Source: Octopus bimaculoides (taxonomy: Eukaryota). From it: 64,000 bases of DNA. How positions within the stretch are numbered: the stretch's first letter is position 1; every line of letters starts with the position of its first letter. The notes beneath the pieces were generated by a model, which worked only from the letters and a program-made list of their open reading frames with translations, did no database searches and was not told the DNA's origin. A program made the translations under genes and the position numbers. This document shows, piece after piece, positions 49,175-63,397 of the stretch. The stretch lies in assembly GCF_001194135.2 (NCBI RefSeq), contig NC_068995.1, forward strand, positions 22,273,741 to 22,337,740. The letters run 5' to 3'.

Positions 49175-52100
49175 TGTTTTATCTTGGAAAACGAATGAGA
49201 ACTTAATTATGTCAACATGCTTTGGAAGGAAAAAGTTTTAAAATTATAAGGGGTAACAAGAAACTCGTCTTAAAATGTAGTGCACTTGAAAATTGGATTA
49301 ATGATTTCCGTTTTATTTTTGTGGATACGTTATGACAAAAATGTGTAGAAACATCAATAACGTTGCATTTGTTAGTGGAAAGTATCATTTATCAGGATGG
49401 ATGCTAAATACTAAATATAGTACAAAGCTACAATATACACAATCAAGCATTAAGACAATATGCATATACAACATCCTTTATATACCTCATATCGTGAAAT
49501 ATGTGCATTTGTTTCGAGTTTTCCAGTATACGTAAACAATGCTAAATGCATTCCGTGTGTAATGGCAACTGAGTACAGGGTATATCATCGATCTAATAAA
49601 TTTATTGTTCCTTCCATGTAGCAACAGTGGCTTAAAAAGAGAAATATATTATCTGACGAAGATATTGTATGGCTTTTTTTATACGATAGTTATAAGTGAG
49701 AATATTGTATAGGAGAGAGCATTAAATTCTTCAAATTTCTTCATATGGAGAAAAATACTTTGAACGAACAGGAGGACACCACAGTATCTAAACTGAGGAA
49801 CCGTCTCGCAGTCTTTGGAGCTTTCTCATTAAGTTATTCTGCAACTATTAGCTTCATTATGGTTTTCAAAGGCAAAGGAGACATAACTCTAATTTTCCAC
49901 ATTTTCCGGTTTTCTTGACGCTTCCACTCTTTGCGTCAATTTTCCGTTTTTCTCGTTATCTCTCATGTAGCAATGTCTTGATTTTCAAATTTAATAGATC
50001 GCATGCTCAGAGCCCGAGATTGCTTGGAGACACAAGACGTGTAGCAGTTCCCGACAAAGTATGACATTAATAGTAGCTCGTATNNNNNNNNNNNNNNNNN
50101 NNNNNNNNNNNNNNNNNNNNNNNNNNNNNNNNNNNNNNNNNNNNNNNNNNNNNNNNNNNNNNNNNNNNNNNNNNNNNNNNNNNNNNNNNNNNNNNNNNNN
50201 NNNNNNNNNNNNNNNNNNNNNNNNNNNNNNNNNNNNNNNNNNNNNNNNNNNNNNNNNNNNNNNNNNNNNNNNNNNNNNNNNNNNNNNNNNNNNNNNNNNN
50301 NNNNNNNNNNNNNNNNNNNNNNNNNNNNNNNNNNNNNNNNNNNNNNNNNNNNNNNNNNNNNNNNNNNNNNNNNNNNNNNNNNNNNNNNNNNNNNNNNNNN
50401 NNNNNNNNNNNNNNNNNNNNNNNNNNNNNNNNNNNNNNNNNNNNNNNNNNNNNNNNNNNNNNNNNNNNNNNNNNNNNNNNNNNNNNNNNNNNNNNNNNNN
50501 NNNNNNNNNNNNNNNNNNNNNNNNNNNNNNNNNNNNNNNNNNNNNNNNNNNNNNNNNNNNNNNNNNNNNNNNNNNNNNNNNNNNNNNNNNNNNNNNNNNN
50601 NNNNNNNNNNNNNNNNNNNNNNNNNNNNNNNNNNNNNNNNNNNNNNNNNNNNNNNNNNNNNNNNNNNNNNNNNNNNNNNNNNATATATATATATATATAT
50701 ACGTAGAGTTAAGGTCCGAGGATCAAGGTATGGGACATTAGTAAGCTTCTGGCAGACCGTACAAGTCATAAAATACAACTTTCAGGAACAATAGTGGTTT
50801 ATTGACGTAGAAGGTTGTAATTTTTTTCCCGGTTATTGAGTTCGATACGGGGGAAAAAAGGAAAAGTTTCTAGCGTACTGTTAGCAGCCACAAGTGGTGT
50901 AATATACGAATAGAAATCCCAAATTAGTAGATAAGTTCCAGGCTACATATATCTCACATCTAGCATCAACTCGAATGGGGTAATATGCTAGATATTAGCG
51001 GTGCCAAACATGCCTTAATCAAATGTCGTCAAGGGATCCCATGTTTACTCGTATGATTACCTCTCGTTTGGGAAATGACTACTTCTGAGGTTTTTCTAGC
51101 TATGAAAGATATGTATATATATATATTATATATACCAAAACAGTTTCATTCAAATTTCAAAATTCAAAATGGCTGACGACTAACATCACACTTGAAACTC
51201 GCGAGTACGAATTAATTTCAATCAAACTGTTTTGATCTATATATGTAATTCCCAATAATCGGTTGTGTGCTCGTCTTTCGTTTGTCCACACATTGGTATA
51301 TATATATATATATATATATANNNNNNNNNNNNNNNNNNNNNNNNNNNNNNNNNNNNNNNNNNNNNNNNNNNNNNNNNNNNNNNNNNNNNNNNNNNNNNNN
51401 NNNNNNNNNNNNNNNNNNNNNNNNNNNNNNNNNNNNNNNNNNNNNNNNNNNNNNNNNNNNNNNNNNNNNNNNNNNNNNNNNNNNNNNNNNNNNNNNNNNN
51501 NNNNNNNNNNNNNNNNNNNNNNNNNNNNNNNNNNNNNNNNNNNNNNNNNNNNNNNNNNNNNNNNNNNNNNNNNNNNNNNNNNNNNNNNNNNNNNNNNNNN
51601 NNNNNNNNNNNNNNNNNNNNNNNNNNNNNNNNNNNNNNNNNNNNNNNNNNNNNNNNNNNNNNNNNNNNNNNNNNNNNNNNNNNNNNNNNNNNNNNNNNNN
51701 NNNNNNNNNNNNNNNNNNNNNNNNNNNNNNNNNNNNNNNNNNNNNNNNNNNNNNNNNNNNNNNNNNNNNNNNNNNNNNNNNNNNNNNNNNNNNNNNNNNN
51801 NNNNNNNNNNNNNNNNNNNNNNNNNNNNNNNNNNNNNNNNNNNNNNNNNNNNNNNNNNNNNNNNNNNNNNNNNNNNNNNNNNNNNNNNNNNNNNNNNNNN
51901 NNNNNNNNNNNNNNNNNNNNNNNNNNNNNNNNNNNNNNNNNNNNNNNNNNNNNNNNNNNNNNNNNNNNNNNNNNNNNNNNNNNNNNNNNNNNNNNNNNNN
52001 NNNNNNNNNNNNNNNNNNNNNNNNNNNNNNNNNNNNNNNNNNNNNNNNNNNNNNNNNNNNNNNNNNNNNNNNNNNNNNNNNNNNNNNNNNNNNNNNNNNN

Positions 52101-52470
52101 NNNNNNNNNNNNNNNNNNNNNNNNNNNNNNNNNNNNNNNNNTATATACATATATATATATGCGTGTGTGTGTGTGTGTGTGTGTATGTACAAATTTTGAA
52201 GAAACAGCAATATGCAATATACAGTGAAATAAGGAGAAAGCTGCCAACGGCAAAACAAAAAGAAGACATTCAAAATATATAAAAATGCCAAATGATCAGG
52301 AAAATATAAAGGCAAACAATAAACTAAATTGTGAAAGAAGTTGGCGTCGAAGTCAAATATGAGTATTAAGTGAGAGACAATTTTTTTAAAAGAAGATAGT
52401 ATTGATTTAAACCCAGAACACCTTTCAGAACCGATAACAAACGTGGAAGATAAATGATTGACATATTATC

Positions 52471-52655
52471 TGGCATGGTAGCATGGGCAAGTGGCTTCTT
52501 CTATAGCCTCAGGTAGACCTGAGTTTTGTGAGTGGACTTGGTAGATGGAAACTGAAAGAAGACCGCCGTATACCTGTGTGTTTGTGTGTGTTTACGTCCC
52601 CGTAATCTAGCAGTTCGGCAAAGTCACCGATAGAAGAAGTACTGGGCTATAAACA
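52471..52655 (+). mobile_element. SINE family A, older copy, 5'/middle part
   Basis: GGGCAAGTGGCTTCTTCTATAGCCTC...GTAGATGGAAACTGAAAGAAG...TTTACGTCCCCGTAA is the reverse complement of the bodies at 15279 and 52971. Confidence 0.8.
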
Positions 52656-52970
52656 ATAAGGGACCTTTGTGGTTTTCGTCACTGTTTATAATTTTGTTCC
52701 AATTGTTTTCAAATTTGATATATGGGTTAAGTTTTGAATGTTAATTCCATTCGTGTATATTTTAATGTTTTGACTGTTATGTCTAGCAATGTTTTGACAT
52801 GCTCATCCCCCGCCCCATGATGGATGATGAAGTGAACGCGCCGTTTTGTGATTAGCTGAAAATTCTGTAAATTATCAAACTTTGAACACCTGTCACATTT
52901 TCGCAAAATTGTTATGGAATAAATGAATAACAAATTCGGATTGAGCGTCCCAAATTACATTCCCTCTTTT

Positions 52971-53519
52971 CTCTTTTACTTGTTTCAGTCATTTGACTGC
53001 GGCCATGCTGGACCACCACCTTTAGTCGAGCAAATCGACCCCAGGACTTATTCTATCTGGCTCTTTTGCCGAACCGCTAAGTTACGGGGACGTAAACACA
53101 CCAACATCGGTTGTCAAGCGATGCTGGGGGAACAAACACAGACACACAAACACACACACACACACAGACACACACACAGACACAGACACACACACACATA
53201 CATACATATATATNNNNNNNNNNNNNNNNNNNNNNNNNNNNNNNNNNNNNNNNNNNNNNNNNNNNNNNNNNNNNNNNNNNNNNNNNNNNNNNNNNNNNNN
53301 NNNNNNNNNNNNNNNNNNNNNNNNNNNNNNNNNNNNNNNNNNNNNNNNNNNNNNNNNATATATATATATATATATACACATATATACGACGGGTTTCTTT
53401 CAGTTTCCGTCTACCAAATCCACTCACAAGGCTTTGGGCGGCGCGAGGCTATAGTAGAAGACACTTGCCCTAGATACCATGCCATGGGACTGAACCCAGA
53501 ACCATGTGGTTGGTAAGCA
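52971..53519 (-). mobile_element. SINE family A (contains N gap), 5'-truncated
   Basis: Closely similar to 15279-15667 on both sides of the gap. Confidence 0.9.
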
Positions 53520-53600
53520 CATATGATATACAGAATATGATATATAGAATAATTTCTTTTAAAGATAATTGTAAACAGTGACCAAAGACCCAAAGATCCA

Positions 53601-53708
53601 AAATAAGTCTTGGGGTTGATTTGTTCGACTAAAACCCTTCAAGGCGGTGCTTCAGCATGGCCGCATTCATATGACTGAAACAAATAAGAAAATAAAAGAA
53701 AAGAATAG
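53601..53708 (+). mobile_element. SINE family A 3' tail
   Basis: AATAAGTCTTGGGGTTGATTTGTTCGACTAAA...GGCGGTGCTTCAGCATGGCCGCA...TGACTGAAACAAATAAGAAAATAAAAG; continues the 52471-52655 piece. Confidence 0.8.
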
Positions 53709-55942
53709 ACTGTTCCGCTACAAAACTTGTAAGGCTCATTTATAACTTTATTTAATTCTGGAAAATATATGGTCAACGCTATTTGAAAGAGAACAAAATA
53801 AAGCTCTTTCGTCAAAACCTACCGTCACTCTCACTAACGGTATTAGCAGTTACTGTTACTGCTCTAGTCACATATTTTTGACCTTTGCTGACTACATGGG
53901 CGCGGGCACATGTGTCCTGGTTCCTTGCCAGTAAACTTAACAACAAACCAATCATTAACAACAACATCAACAACAACATACCGCTACACACAGTGGCAGC
54001 TGCTAGCTAGGTAAGTCAGGCAAAGAGAAAAATAACAACAAAACCAACTACAGAAGAAGTAACAGCGACCAAATCTACCTTCTGCCAATGCCAAGCTGTT
54101 TTTCTCTGCGGCTACAGAACGTGGACTAGACAGAGACAAAAACAACAAGATTAATAATAAGAATTTTTTTCTTTGCCACTAATGCGAAGGATGAGTGGGG
54201 CAATGAAGGGACAGGCACAAAATATGGGGATTTACATATAATGAAATGAGAAAAAAAATACACATANNNNNNNNNNNNNNNNNNNNNNNNNNNNNNNNNN
54301 NNNNNNNNNNNNNNNNNNNNNNNNNNNNNNNNNNNNNNNNNNNNNNNNNNNNNNNNNNNNNNNNNNNNNNNNNNNNNNNNNNNNNNNNNNNNNNNNNNNN
54401 NNNNNNNNNNNNNNNNNNNNNNNNNNNNNNNNNNNNNNNNNNNNNNNNNNNNNNNNNNNNNNNNNNNNNNNNNNNNNNNNNNNNNNNNNNNNNNNNNNNN
54501 NNNNNNNNNNNNNNNNNNNNNNNNNNNNNNNNNNNNNNNNNNNNNNNNNNNNNNNNNNNNNNNNNNNNNNNNNNNNNNNNNNNNNNNNNNNNNNNNNNNN
54601 NNNNNNNNNNNNNNNNNNNNNNNNNNNNNNNNNNNNNNNNNNNNNNNNNNNNNNNNNNNNNNNNNNNNNNNNNNNNNNNNNNNNNNNNNNNNNNNNNNNN
54701 NNNNNNNNNNNNNNNNNNNNNNNNNNNNNNNNNNNNNNNNNNNNNNNNNNNNNNNNNNNNNNNNNNNNNNNNNNNNNNNNNNNNNNNNNNNNNNNNNNNN
54801 NNNNNNNNNNNNNNNNNNNNNNNNNNNNNNNNNNNNNNNNNNNNNNNNNNNNNNNNNNNNNNNNNNNNNNNNNNNNNNNNNNNNNNNNNNNNNNNNNNNN
54901 NNNNNNNNNNNNNNNNNNNNNNNNNNNNNNNNNNNNNNNNNNNNNNNNNNNNNNNNNNNNNNNNNNNNNNNNNNNNNNNNNNNNNNNNNNNNNNNNNNNN
55001 NNNNNNNNNNNNNNNNNNNNNNNNNNNNNNNNNNNNNNNNNNNNNNNNNNNNNNNNNNNNNNNNNNNNNNNNNNNNNNNNNNNNNNNNNNNNNNNNNNNN
55101 NNNNNNNNNNNNNNNNNNNNNNNNNNNNNNNNNNGTAAGTATGTATGTATGTGTGTGCGTTGGTGGGTGTCTGTCTACATGCATGTATGCATGTACGTAT
55201 GTGTGTATTTATGTGTGCCGTCGATGTCTTTTAATGTTGATGGAACGAACATTTATTGACGTTGTTAGATGTCATATTTACTACATGTATCAAGTGATCT
55301 GCATATGGGTGTGTGTGTATGAGTGTGTTTATGTATGGGTGTGTGTGTTTGCGTGCATGTATGTGTGTATATATATATGTATGAGTGTATGTGACTTTAT
55401 AGATATACATAATTTATTAAAACTCATATAATTATTTCCATATAACATAACAATATACTCCTAAGAGTGAACAACATGCATTGATCAAATTAATTTATGG
55501 AGGTATCGATTTCGTTGAATATATCCTCTTTCTAATTCCTAGGAAATAGTTACAGGGAACTATATTGCTTCAGAAGTTCCCTTCTTCAGGTTTAACTGGG
55601 GAGTTGTGTTACATTTACTGTAAATATATTTAATGTTTGTAATGAATGTACACTTAAATGATACGTGTTACATTTTTCTTCTTCAAAATGCTATTGTTTC
55701 AGTAATATGTTCTTGAATATCAAAGGAGAACTTTACCTAATATGTTCTCATCATGTATTTATATGGGTTTTATGGTTCACTTCCAATCCAGAATATTATG
55801 CATCAGTGCTATACGCACACATGCACACGTGCGCGTGCGTATGTCTATGTATATAAGTATGCATATACGTTTTTTTTTATATTTATAACTTTCCGTCTAT
55901 CTGTCTATCTATTTATCTATCTATATACGCACAAACACATAC

Positions 55943-55984
<42 letters not shown>

Positions 55985-57446
55985 NNNNNNNNNNATATAT
56001 ATATATATATACGCATGTGTATATATATGTATGTATAAGAATATATAGATAAATGTGTGTACATATATATATATATACATGCATATATAAATATGTATAT
56101 GTATATATATACATATATATATATGCATACATTCATACACACACAGCACATATACGCACGTTTATATTAATATTTTTTTTGATGTACACAAATATGTATG
56201 TATATATGTATAATTCATATATGTATATATATATATATTTGTGCATGTTTATATTTATGATTTTATGCTAATGTGCATCCGTGTTACGATTTCTATTCTC
56301 ATCACGTTGCTTAGTGAATGATTTCAGCAGTTATGTTCTCTCAACGATAAAACCAAACCAATATTTTGATAAAAGTATTGGAAATGACTATCTCATGCTA
56401 ATATCATGTGTGAAATGCAGTCAATATAATGTGTAATATTGAGATGTTGTTGCATCATATTCAGAATTGATACGGCGTACCATGTTATGCTAGTTTATAT
56501 TTCCTTGATCTTGATGTAATTTTAGGGCAATTGCATCATATATATAAAAGCAATATTGTTGTGTGTACTGAAATATATTACTTTATGGGAACGAAATATG
56601 TTTAAATGTATTAAACATATTTACAGCGAACCAGAATATTTTTTCTAAGTTTCTTTCATCCTTCGATACTGGATAAGCAGTGGTGACAATGGAAAAGTAA
56701 AAAAGAAACATGATATTGCTGCAGTTTGATTACTAAATACATTCTAAATGATAAGGATATTTATCTACAGGATACATATCTTCACATCTAATATACGTGA
56801 GACATGTTTGACAATACCTGCTCCCATGGTATATCTGCTGCTGTATTTGACAATCAGCAGAGAAACATTTATTCAATTATATGCTTTGTTTGCTTCAATT
56901 ATGGATTAATAGTATACAAAAGTACATATATATNNNNNNNNNNNNNNNNNNNNNNNNNNNNNNNNNNNNNNNNNNNNNNNNNNNNNNNNNNNNNNNNNNN
57001 NNNNNNNNNNNNNNNNNNNNNNNNNNNNNNNNNNNNNNNNNNNNNNNNNNNNNNNNNNNNNNNNNNNNNNNNNNNNNNNNNNNNNNNNNNNNNNNNNNNN
57101 NNNNNNNNNNNNNNNNNNNNNNNNNNNNNNNNNNNNNNNNNNNNNNNNNNNNNNNNNNNNNNNNNNNNNNNNNNNNNNNNNNNNNNNNNNNNNNNNNNNN
57201 NNNNNNNNNNNNNNNNNNNNNNNNNNNNNNNNNNNNNNNNNNNNNNNNNNNNNNNNNNNNNNNNNNNNNNNNNNNNNNNNNNNNNNNNNNNNNNNNNNNN
57301 NNNNNNNNNNNNNNNNNNNNNNNNNNNNNNNNNNNNNNNNNNNNNNNNNNNNNNNNNNNNNNNNNNNNNNNNNNNNNNNNNNNNNNNNNNNNNNNNNNNN
57401 NNNNNNNNNNNNNNNNNNNNNNNNNNNTATATACATGCATAGATAC

Positions 57447-57490
<44 letters not shown>

Positions 57491-59522
57491 ATATATACAT
57501 ATACATATATCTTTGTGTGTGTGCGTGTGTGGATGTGTGTGAGTGTGTATATGTTTGTATATCTGTGTGTAAATATATTTAAATATGAATTAGAAGCAGT
57601 GCTAGTATCGTAAATATTATCGAACACATATGCTCAGTGTAAGTACGTTGTTTGTTCGTCGGTAGGCTGCGTAATGTCGCGGTGGAGATGACTCTCTCAA
57701 AGTGTCGTGTGTTAAAACACCTGAAAGTCATGGACGAGCGAGGGAACTTGCTCCAAATCCCATCCAAGAACGATGGACATCGATGTTTCGCCATTTTTGT
57801 GGTTTATCAACGAACTGAATAGCATGTCCATGACTAAATACAGAATAGTGTGTATGTGTTTCATCAGCAATGTTTACAAAACCAGCACTGCTTCTAATAT
57901 TCACTATTAGAAGCCGAGCATTTCTGCAGAACAGCGTTTCTTACCTATTCTCATATGCAACTGTCTTAACGCTATGATATGTAACCTCAATATTTTTTTT
58001 TATCTTAGAGCTTGTGTAGTGCATCAAAAAGAACCTCATACTTAAGACCTATATTTGTTTAACTTCGAATATTCTTAACTATGCATTCTATCACTTTAGA
58101 TACACAATCAGGCACTTCAAAATACCAGCTAATCAAAATATATGTTAGCTAAAATGCCTGCAATTCACCAACAGCAAGATCTAACGTGAGAATCTAACTC
58201 ATACTCATTCATAATCATAGAATATGGGCTGCGCTGTAGTAAGGAGGACCATTCTAGTACAGTATTACTTACAAATTCAATTTAACTGGGCATTGCATAC
58301 TCCATTCAAGTCTCGCAGAAATTATTAACACCTGTTAGGAGTATTACATATGTTATAGTGCTACAAATAATATTCTGTCAAAAACGGTAACCAATGACTG
58401 CAATGACCAGTATTGTTAGGGAATTTGAAGGTGTTGAACATATCCGTTTACGGAAAACATTAAATAAAGATTTAAAAGCTGCTTTTCAAGAATTAGTCTT
58501 TATGCTCGAAGAAATCGCCTTGGTTCGTTCCTAAGTGTTTTACTGTCCAGATGAAATATCTTTATAAATGTAATCAATATATAAACGCTATATGTTAATT
58601 ATGATTGATTTCAGAGCAATATAAGAATTACGTTCAGCTATCAGTGTATTTTCTTTCAGAGTATAACATCTAGAGATAAGAGTGGAGCATGGAGATTCTT
58701 AGAATTAACAACAACATATATTTTACTATTTACAATTTAAGTTATGTAAATGAGAAGGAAAATATATGACGCAATATCTGGCTTATATAAATTTGGAATT
58801 ATTCCACGAAAAATGATTTCAAATAGATTTCTATATGAATTTAATGAAATTGTGTAATCGTAGAATTTCATTTAATTGGAAGCAAGCGATTGCGTATTAA
58901 CCTACTTTCTATATCACACTGGCTTGCCTAAACGAATCCATCATTCAGACAAAATTGTATATGTAATAATCTGTTAATATCAGTGTTTACATGCGTGTTT
59001 GTATTTCGGTATTTCTCTTTCTATGTGTGTATATGTGTGTCTATGTGTTGTTTGTATGTATGTGCGTGTGTATGTGTGTGCCTGTGTTTGCCATGAAAGA
59101 AGAGAAAGAGAGAGAGAGATTATGTATGTGCATGTGTGATTCTTCTTTTGTTGTACAGACGTTACAGTACGCTTGTGTTTGTTCATACTTGCTGCAGACC
59201 TTTTAGTATTTAATGTATTACATTAAGCGATATATTACTTATTGATAATTATTGCTATTGTGAATTCCCATAAGTTTAACTCTTCTGGTTACATATATCA
59301 GAGAATTGTTAATACTTTTCTGCCGAGTTCAACGTACATTTCAGCTCTATATAAATATATGGTTATCTGTACATAATGCATGCTACTACTTACATATTCG
59401 GGTAGAGTATATGTATCTGTGCATATTAAATATGTTCCGCACGCCACATGTTGTGTTTTGACGCTTTCTGTTTGTTGAGTTTTTCTCTTCCACTTTTGAT
59501 ATGTGTGTGTGTGTGTAGGTAT

Positions 59523-59801
59523 GTCAGTTTGTAATGTATGTATATCTATGTGTGTCAGTATGTAATGTATGTATATCTATCTGTGTCAGTATGTAATGTA
59601 TGTATATATATGTGTGTCAGTATGTAATGTATGTATATCTATTTGTGTCAGTATGCAATGTATGTATATCTATGTGTGTCAGTATGTAATGTATGTATAT
59701 CTATGTGTGTCAGTATGTAATGTATGTATATCTATGTGTGTCAGTATGTAATGTATGTATATCTATGTGTGTCAGTATGTGATGCGTGTATATCTATGTG
59801 T
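59523..59801. repeat. 31-bp minisatellite, 9 copies
   Basis: The unit GTCAGTATGTAATGTATGTATATCTATGTGT starts at 59523, 59554, 59585, 59616, 59647, 59678, 59709, 59740 and 59771. Confidence 0.95.
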
Positions 59802-59899
59802 GTGCATATGTATATCGAACTCTGTGTCTTACTGCCCCATATTCTGATTTTATCTGTAAAGTTCTTTTCAGCCGGCTTTTTCTTTTCTTCATTTTGAAA

Positions 59900-60500
59900 A
59901 TACTGGCTTCTTCAGGTTGTGACTTCTGGACACTTATGAACATAACCGGATAGGAGTGTTCCACTTTGCAAAGCAGTTATCCACAGATATCTGCTTTCTC
60001 GTTCATTTTATAAGACATGTTAATATTGACAAGATATAACCTCTATAACTGTTATCAAGTTTTCTGTCCTATCTAACAACGTCAGGTGTGTTAGGTGTGT
60101 TAGGCATTTTTTTAGAAGTTTAACGTGAATGCTGCGCCAAATCTCCATGTCCTAATATGCATGTATTCCATTGCAGAGGCGCAGACATGTACGCAATATG
60201 GTCATTATATATATTTTCACCTATATCATGTCGTATCTCGGTAATATTTTTGGACATAGTTAGCCCATTCTTTTTAAATGCCTTCACTCTTCCATCTGTC
60301 CATGAGATATTTCGTAGCTTTTTCTTGGATTGCAACTGCATAGCTTTCAAGAAATAATGTGATATCGGGGTCAGAATTCCATGATTCGGATCTCCTGATG
60401 TTATCACGTATTTCTAGCTTGCGGAAGACAAACCCACGCGCATCATTCTTGCCTTATATGGAGCTTTTCTCTTCAAGGTGTTAGTGAGACATATGAAGAC
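59900..60500 (-). mobile_element. Decayed RTE-clade LINE 3' fragment
   Basis: SESW, LRNISWTD and HIAYM fragments, plus a terminal Cys-containing segment, in RTE order. Confidence 0.55.
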
Positions 60501-62601
60501 TGCCCCGCATGTCACCCGGAAATGAGAGTTTTTTTCGGTACTTTGCTGATCCTCAGGATGTTGTACAGCAAAAATGATGTTCTACCTCATCTGTCACTAA
60601 AAAGAATTCCTTTAGTTTATCATTCAGAACAGTATGTAAATTTGCAGATTGTATGTACCATTGGTTCTTATCTCTTAAATAGGAACTTTCCTCTCGTACA
60701 AATCTATTACATCTGGAATCAATCTATCCCATTTCTGCAAAGATTAATTAAGATTTCTTGACTCGTAGTCCTTGTCACATAGCTCCAGAGGAAGCACCAG
60801 GATTATTTTTGCTAGACTACATTTTATCAAGGATCTACTCATCGGGATTGAAACTGAAATCAAACAACGGTAATCACAATTTTTCTAATATGCTTTTCAT
60901 ATCAGTTCCTTATTACTTTGATTAGTGCCATGCTCCAGCAATACATCTTGAATATCTCTACTCGTATCTTTTGCCCGTAGACATGAACAAGCAAATATTC
61001 CCCTCTGAATACAAAGTACTTTCCTTTCGAGAACACGAATACAACATATTCACTCAAACTAAATAAAAGAAAAAAACTTGCCTTTCGAAATCAGGATAAG
61101 CTGCATCAAGAATTACAACAATAATGTAGATGCAATGATTCATCAGCCGATTATGCGTATTAGCTAACGTTGATTTAACTAATACACTATAAATTTTTTG
61201 AGGTGTCATATTTAGATACCATAGCGCCTATTATGAATTAATTTGTATTAAGGATCTATGAAGTATCACGAAGAAAGTTATACCATCCTAGAGAGATTTG
61301 ACTTCAAATAAATAAGTGTTTTTGCCAAGTTATCGTCAAAACTATATGAGTAAAAATCGTGTGTACATGAATATTACATATACACAAATATATGCGTATA
61401 TGTGATTCATTATTTATGTTCGAAAAATTTCAAATGTAGTCGGTCATGATTGTAATGACGATAAAGATGCTGTTACTGTTACCGAGTTGACTTTGTTTTT
61501 GTAGTGATTAAATTCAAATCCATAAATTAATTCTACAAGCAATTTAAATCCGTAAAAGTTCTTCAGCCATCACACGAATATTTCTAAGTTCAAATGGATT
61601 TCTTTTTCGTTCTTTGATTTATTTCATTTGTTTCTGATTCTATTCACTCTCTAGCTTCAGAAAATAAATTTATCGTTTATTTGTTTCAGTGTAGTTTTTC
61701 CTAATTATTTAATCCAAATATTCACTAACATTTAAGCGAATTAATTCTATTCATTCCTTTTTTGTACTTCAATTATTTTAAATCTTTCGTACGTATTTGT
61801 GCTAAACCTATTGTTTTCTCCAATTTAATCAGAATGATAGAGCTGAAGAACTAGAACAAAATTCTGATATTTGATTTGAATGCGCAAAATCATTTACAAC
61901 TAATAGAAATTTGTTTTCCTTTATTTATCCAAATTTCTTTAAAATCATATGATTGTTTTCCTTCATTTTTCGTTTATTCTCCTTGTTCACATTCCTAAGA
62001 ACACTCATTACCATGAAATTATAATTAATCTATGTTTTTCATTTTATTTTTTCGATATACGTTTTTTCTTATTTTATGTGATAATATAGAAGCCCTTCTA
62101 TTTCTAATTACGTGATGATCGTTTATTTTGTCGAATTATAATTGGTTTCCTTCTTGTTAACGCGTTTCCACGCATTTTCTCTACTTCTCTTTTTGATATC
62201 TCATTTTCCCTATCTCTCACTTTTATTTATATCTTTCATTTATTTTCTCGTCTCCCCCTTTCACTTTCTTCATATCTCATTGTTTTCCGATAGTCAAGGC
62301 AGATAAAATCAGGATAATGTACAGATTTGAATAAGGAAAAGGTGTTTGGATTTTTCTTGAAAAGAAAACTCGTATAAATATTGTGCCACTTTGAACTATT
62401 AACTTGAAACGGTACAATTAAGAAACTGGTGAAGAAGAATAACTATAAATGATATTGTCCCAACAAATCATATTATAATTTGAAGCATATGATAAGACAA
62501 CTAAACAAGGCGTTGGATTATTTCTTAATTCTATTTTATTTATTTACTTATTTATTGCTACAGTCCCTAATCTCAACACAGTTTGAGTTCGGATATATAT
62601 A

Positions 62602-63000
62602 CAGGGTAGGTGAAAAGTAAGTAGGCATTAAAAATTGGTAATAAAATCCATATTCCTTTCGCACATTTATTGAAACAAATGATACATGTTCTTTATTACA
62701 TGGGAAAATGAATGCAAATCTTCATAGTTCAGCGTACGCATCGTTGGTGCCAACCAGTTTCCTCAAACGGCCAGGAATGAAATGAACAACCTTCTGAAGG
62801 ACGTCGTCTGGTATATCATTGAGACACTTCTGAATCCGTGTCACCCAGCCCTCCAGCGTGCGAGGTTTTGTCTTGTACACCTCTTTTGTGTAACCCCAGA
62901 GGTAAAAATCACATGGAAGGAGATCTGGACTTATAGTTACCTTCCATTACCGTGTGAATTCGCACTGAACAGAGCCTTTATCTTTTTCTCACATCTCCAG
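62602..63000 (-). mobile_element. Tc1/mariner-superfamily element, 3' end with transposase C-terminus
   Basis: TA then CAGGGTAGGTG terminus at 62602. The minus strand reads SPDLLPCDFYLWGYTKEVYKTKPRTLE...IPDDVLQKVV. Confidence 0.8.
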
Positions 63001-63288
63001 TATTCTTTTCCTAGTTTTGTATTGCTTGAAAGAAAATCTTAGTTGTAGTTACTTTTATCAACTACTTTTCTTTTGTTTTCTGTCAATACTATGTACTTGT
63101 CATTTCGGGATAGGTAAACTGAAAATGTGTACCCTAAATTTGCAGCACTCTCTATACACAGCACCATACTTAAAAACAGAGAACGAAAAGGAACGATAAA
63201 AATAATCCAATAACAAGAATCGTTATAGTTCTGTGAATATATCATTAGCGATATTTCGCCTTGTTGTCTAAAGAGTTTATCTAAAATT

Positions 63289-63397
63289 GGACAAAACGTC
63301 GCTGGAAAAAAACCATCGGACAAAAAGATGTCGGACCAAAAAACGTGGACAAAAAGACGCTTGACGAAGTGACGTCAGATGAAAAAGACATGGCACC
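63289..63397. repeat. Degenerate 15-16 bp tandem array (GGACAAAAAGATGTC-like), about 7 units
   Basis: Units include GGACAAAACGTC, GGACAAAAAGATGTC, GGACCAAAAAACGT, GGACAAAAAGACGC, GACGAAGTGACGTC and GATGAAAAAGACAT. Confidence 0.7.

Noticed and set aside
53890-54016. GC-richer patch ending in a consensus donor AG/GTAAGT (54011), a possible non-coding first exon
   Set aside because: Equally good donors occur near 30140, 30610 and 44583, which is roughly what chance would give in 64 kb; needs RNA-seq.
57775-57825. TTGATAA...TGGCGAAACATC hammerhead-like string on the minus strand
   Set aside because: Two core mismatches and no helix I.
59523-59801. Regularly spaced repeats resembling a CRISPR array
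   Set aside because: Head-to-tail units with no spacers in a eukaryotic context; ordinary minisatellite.
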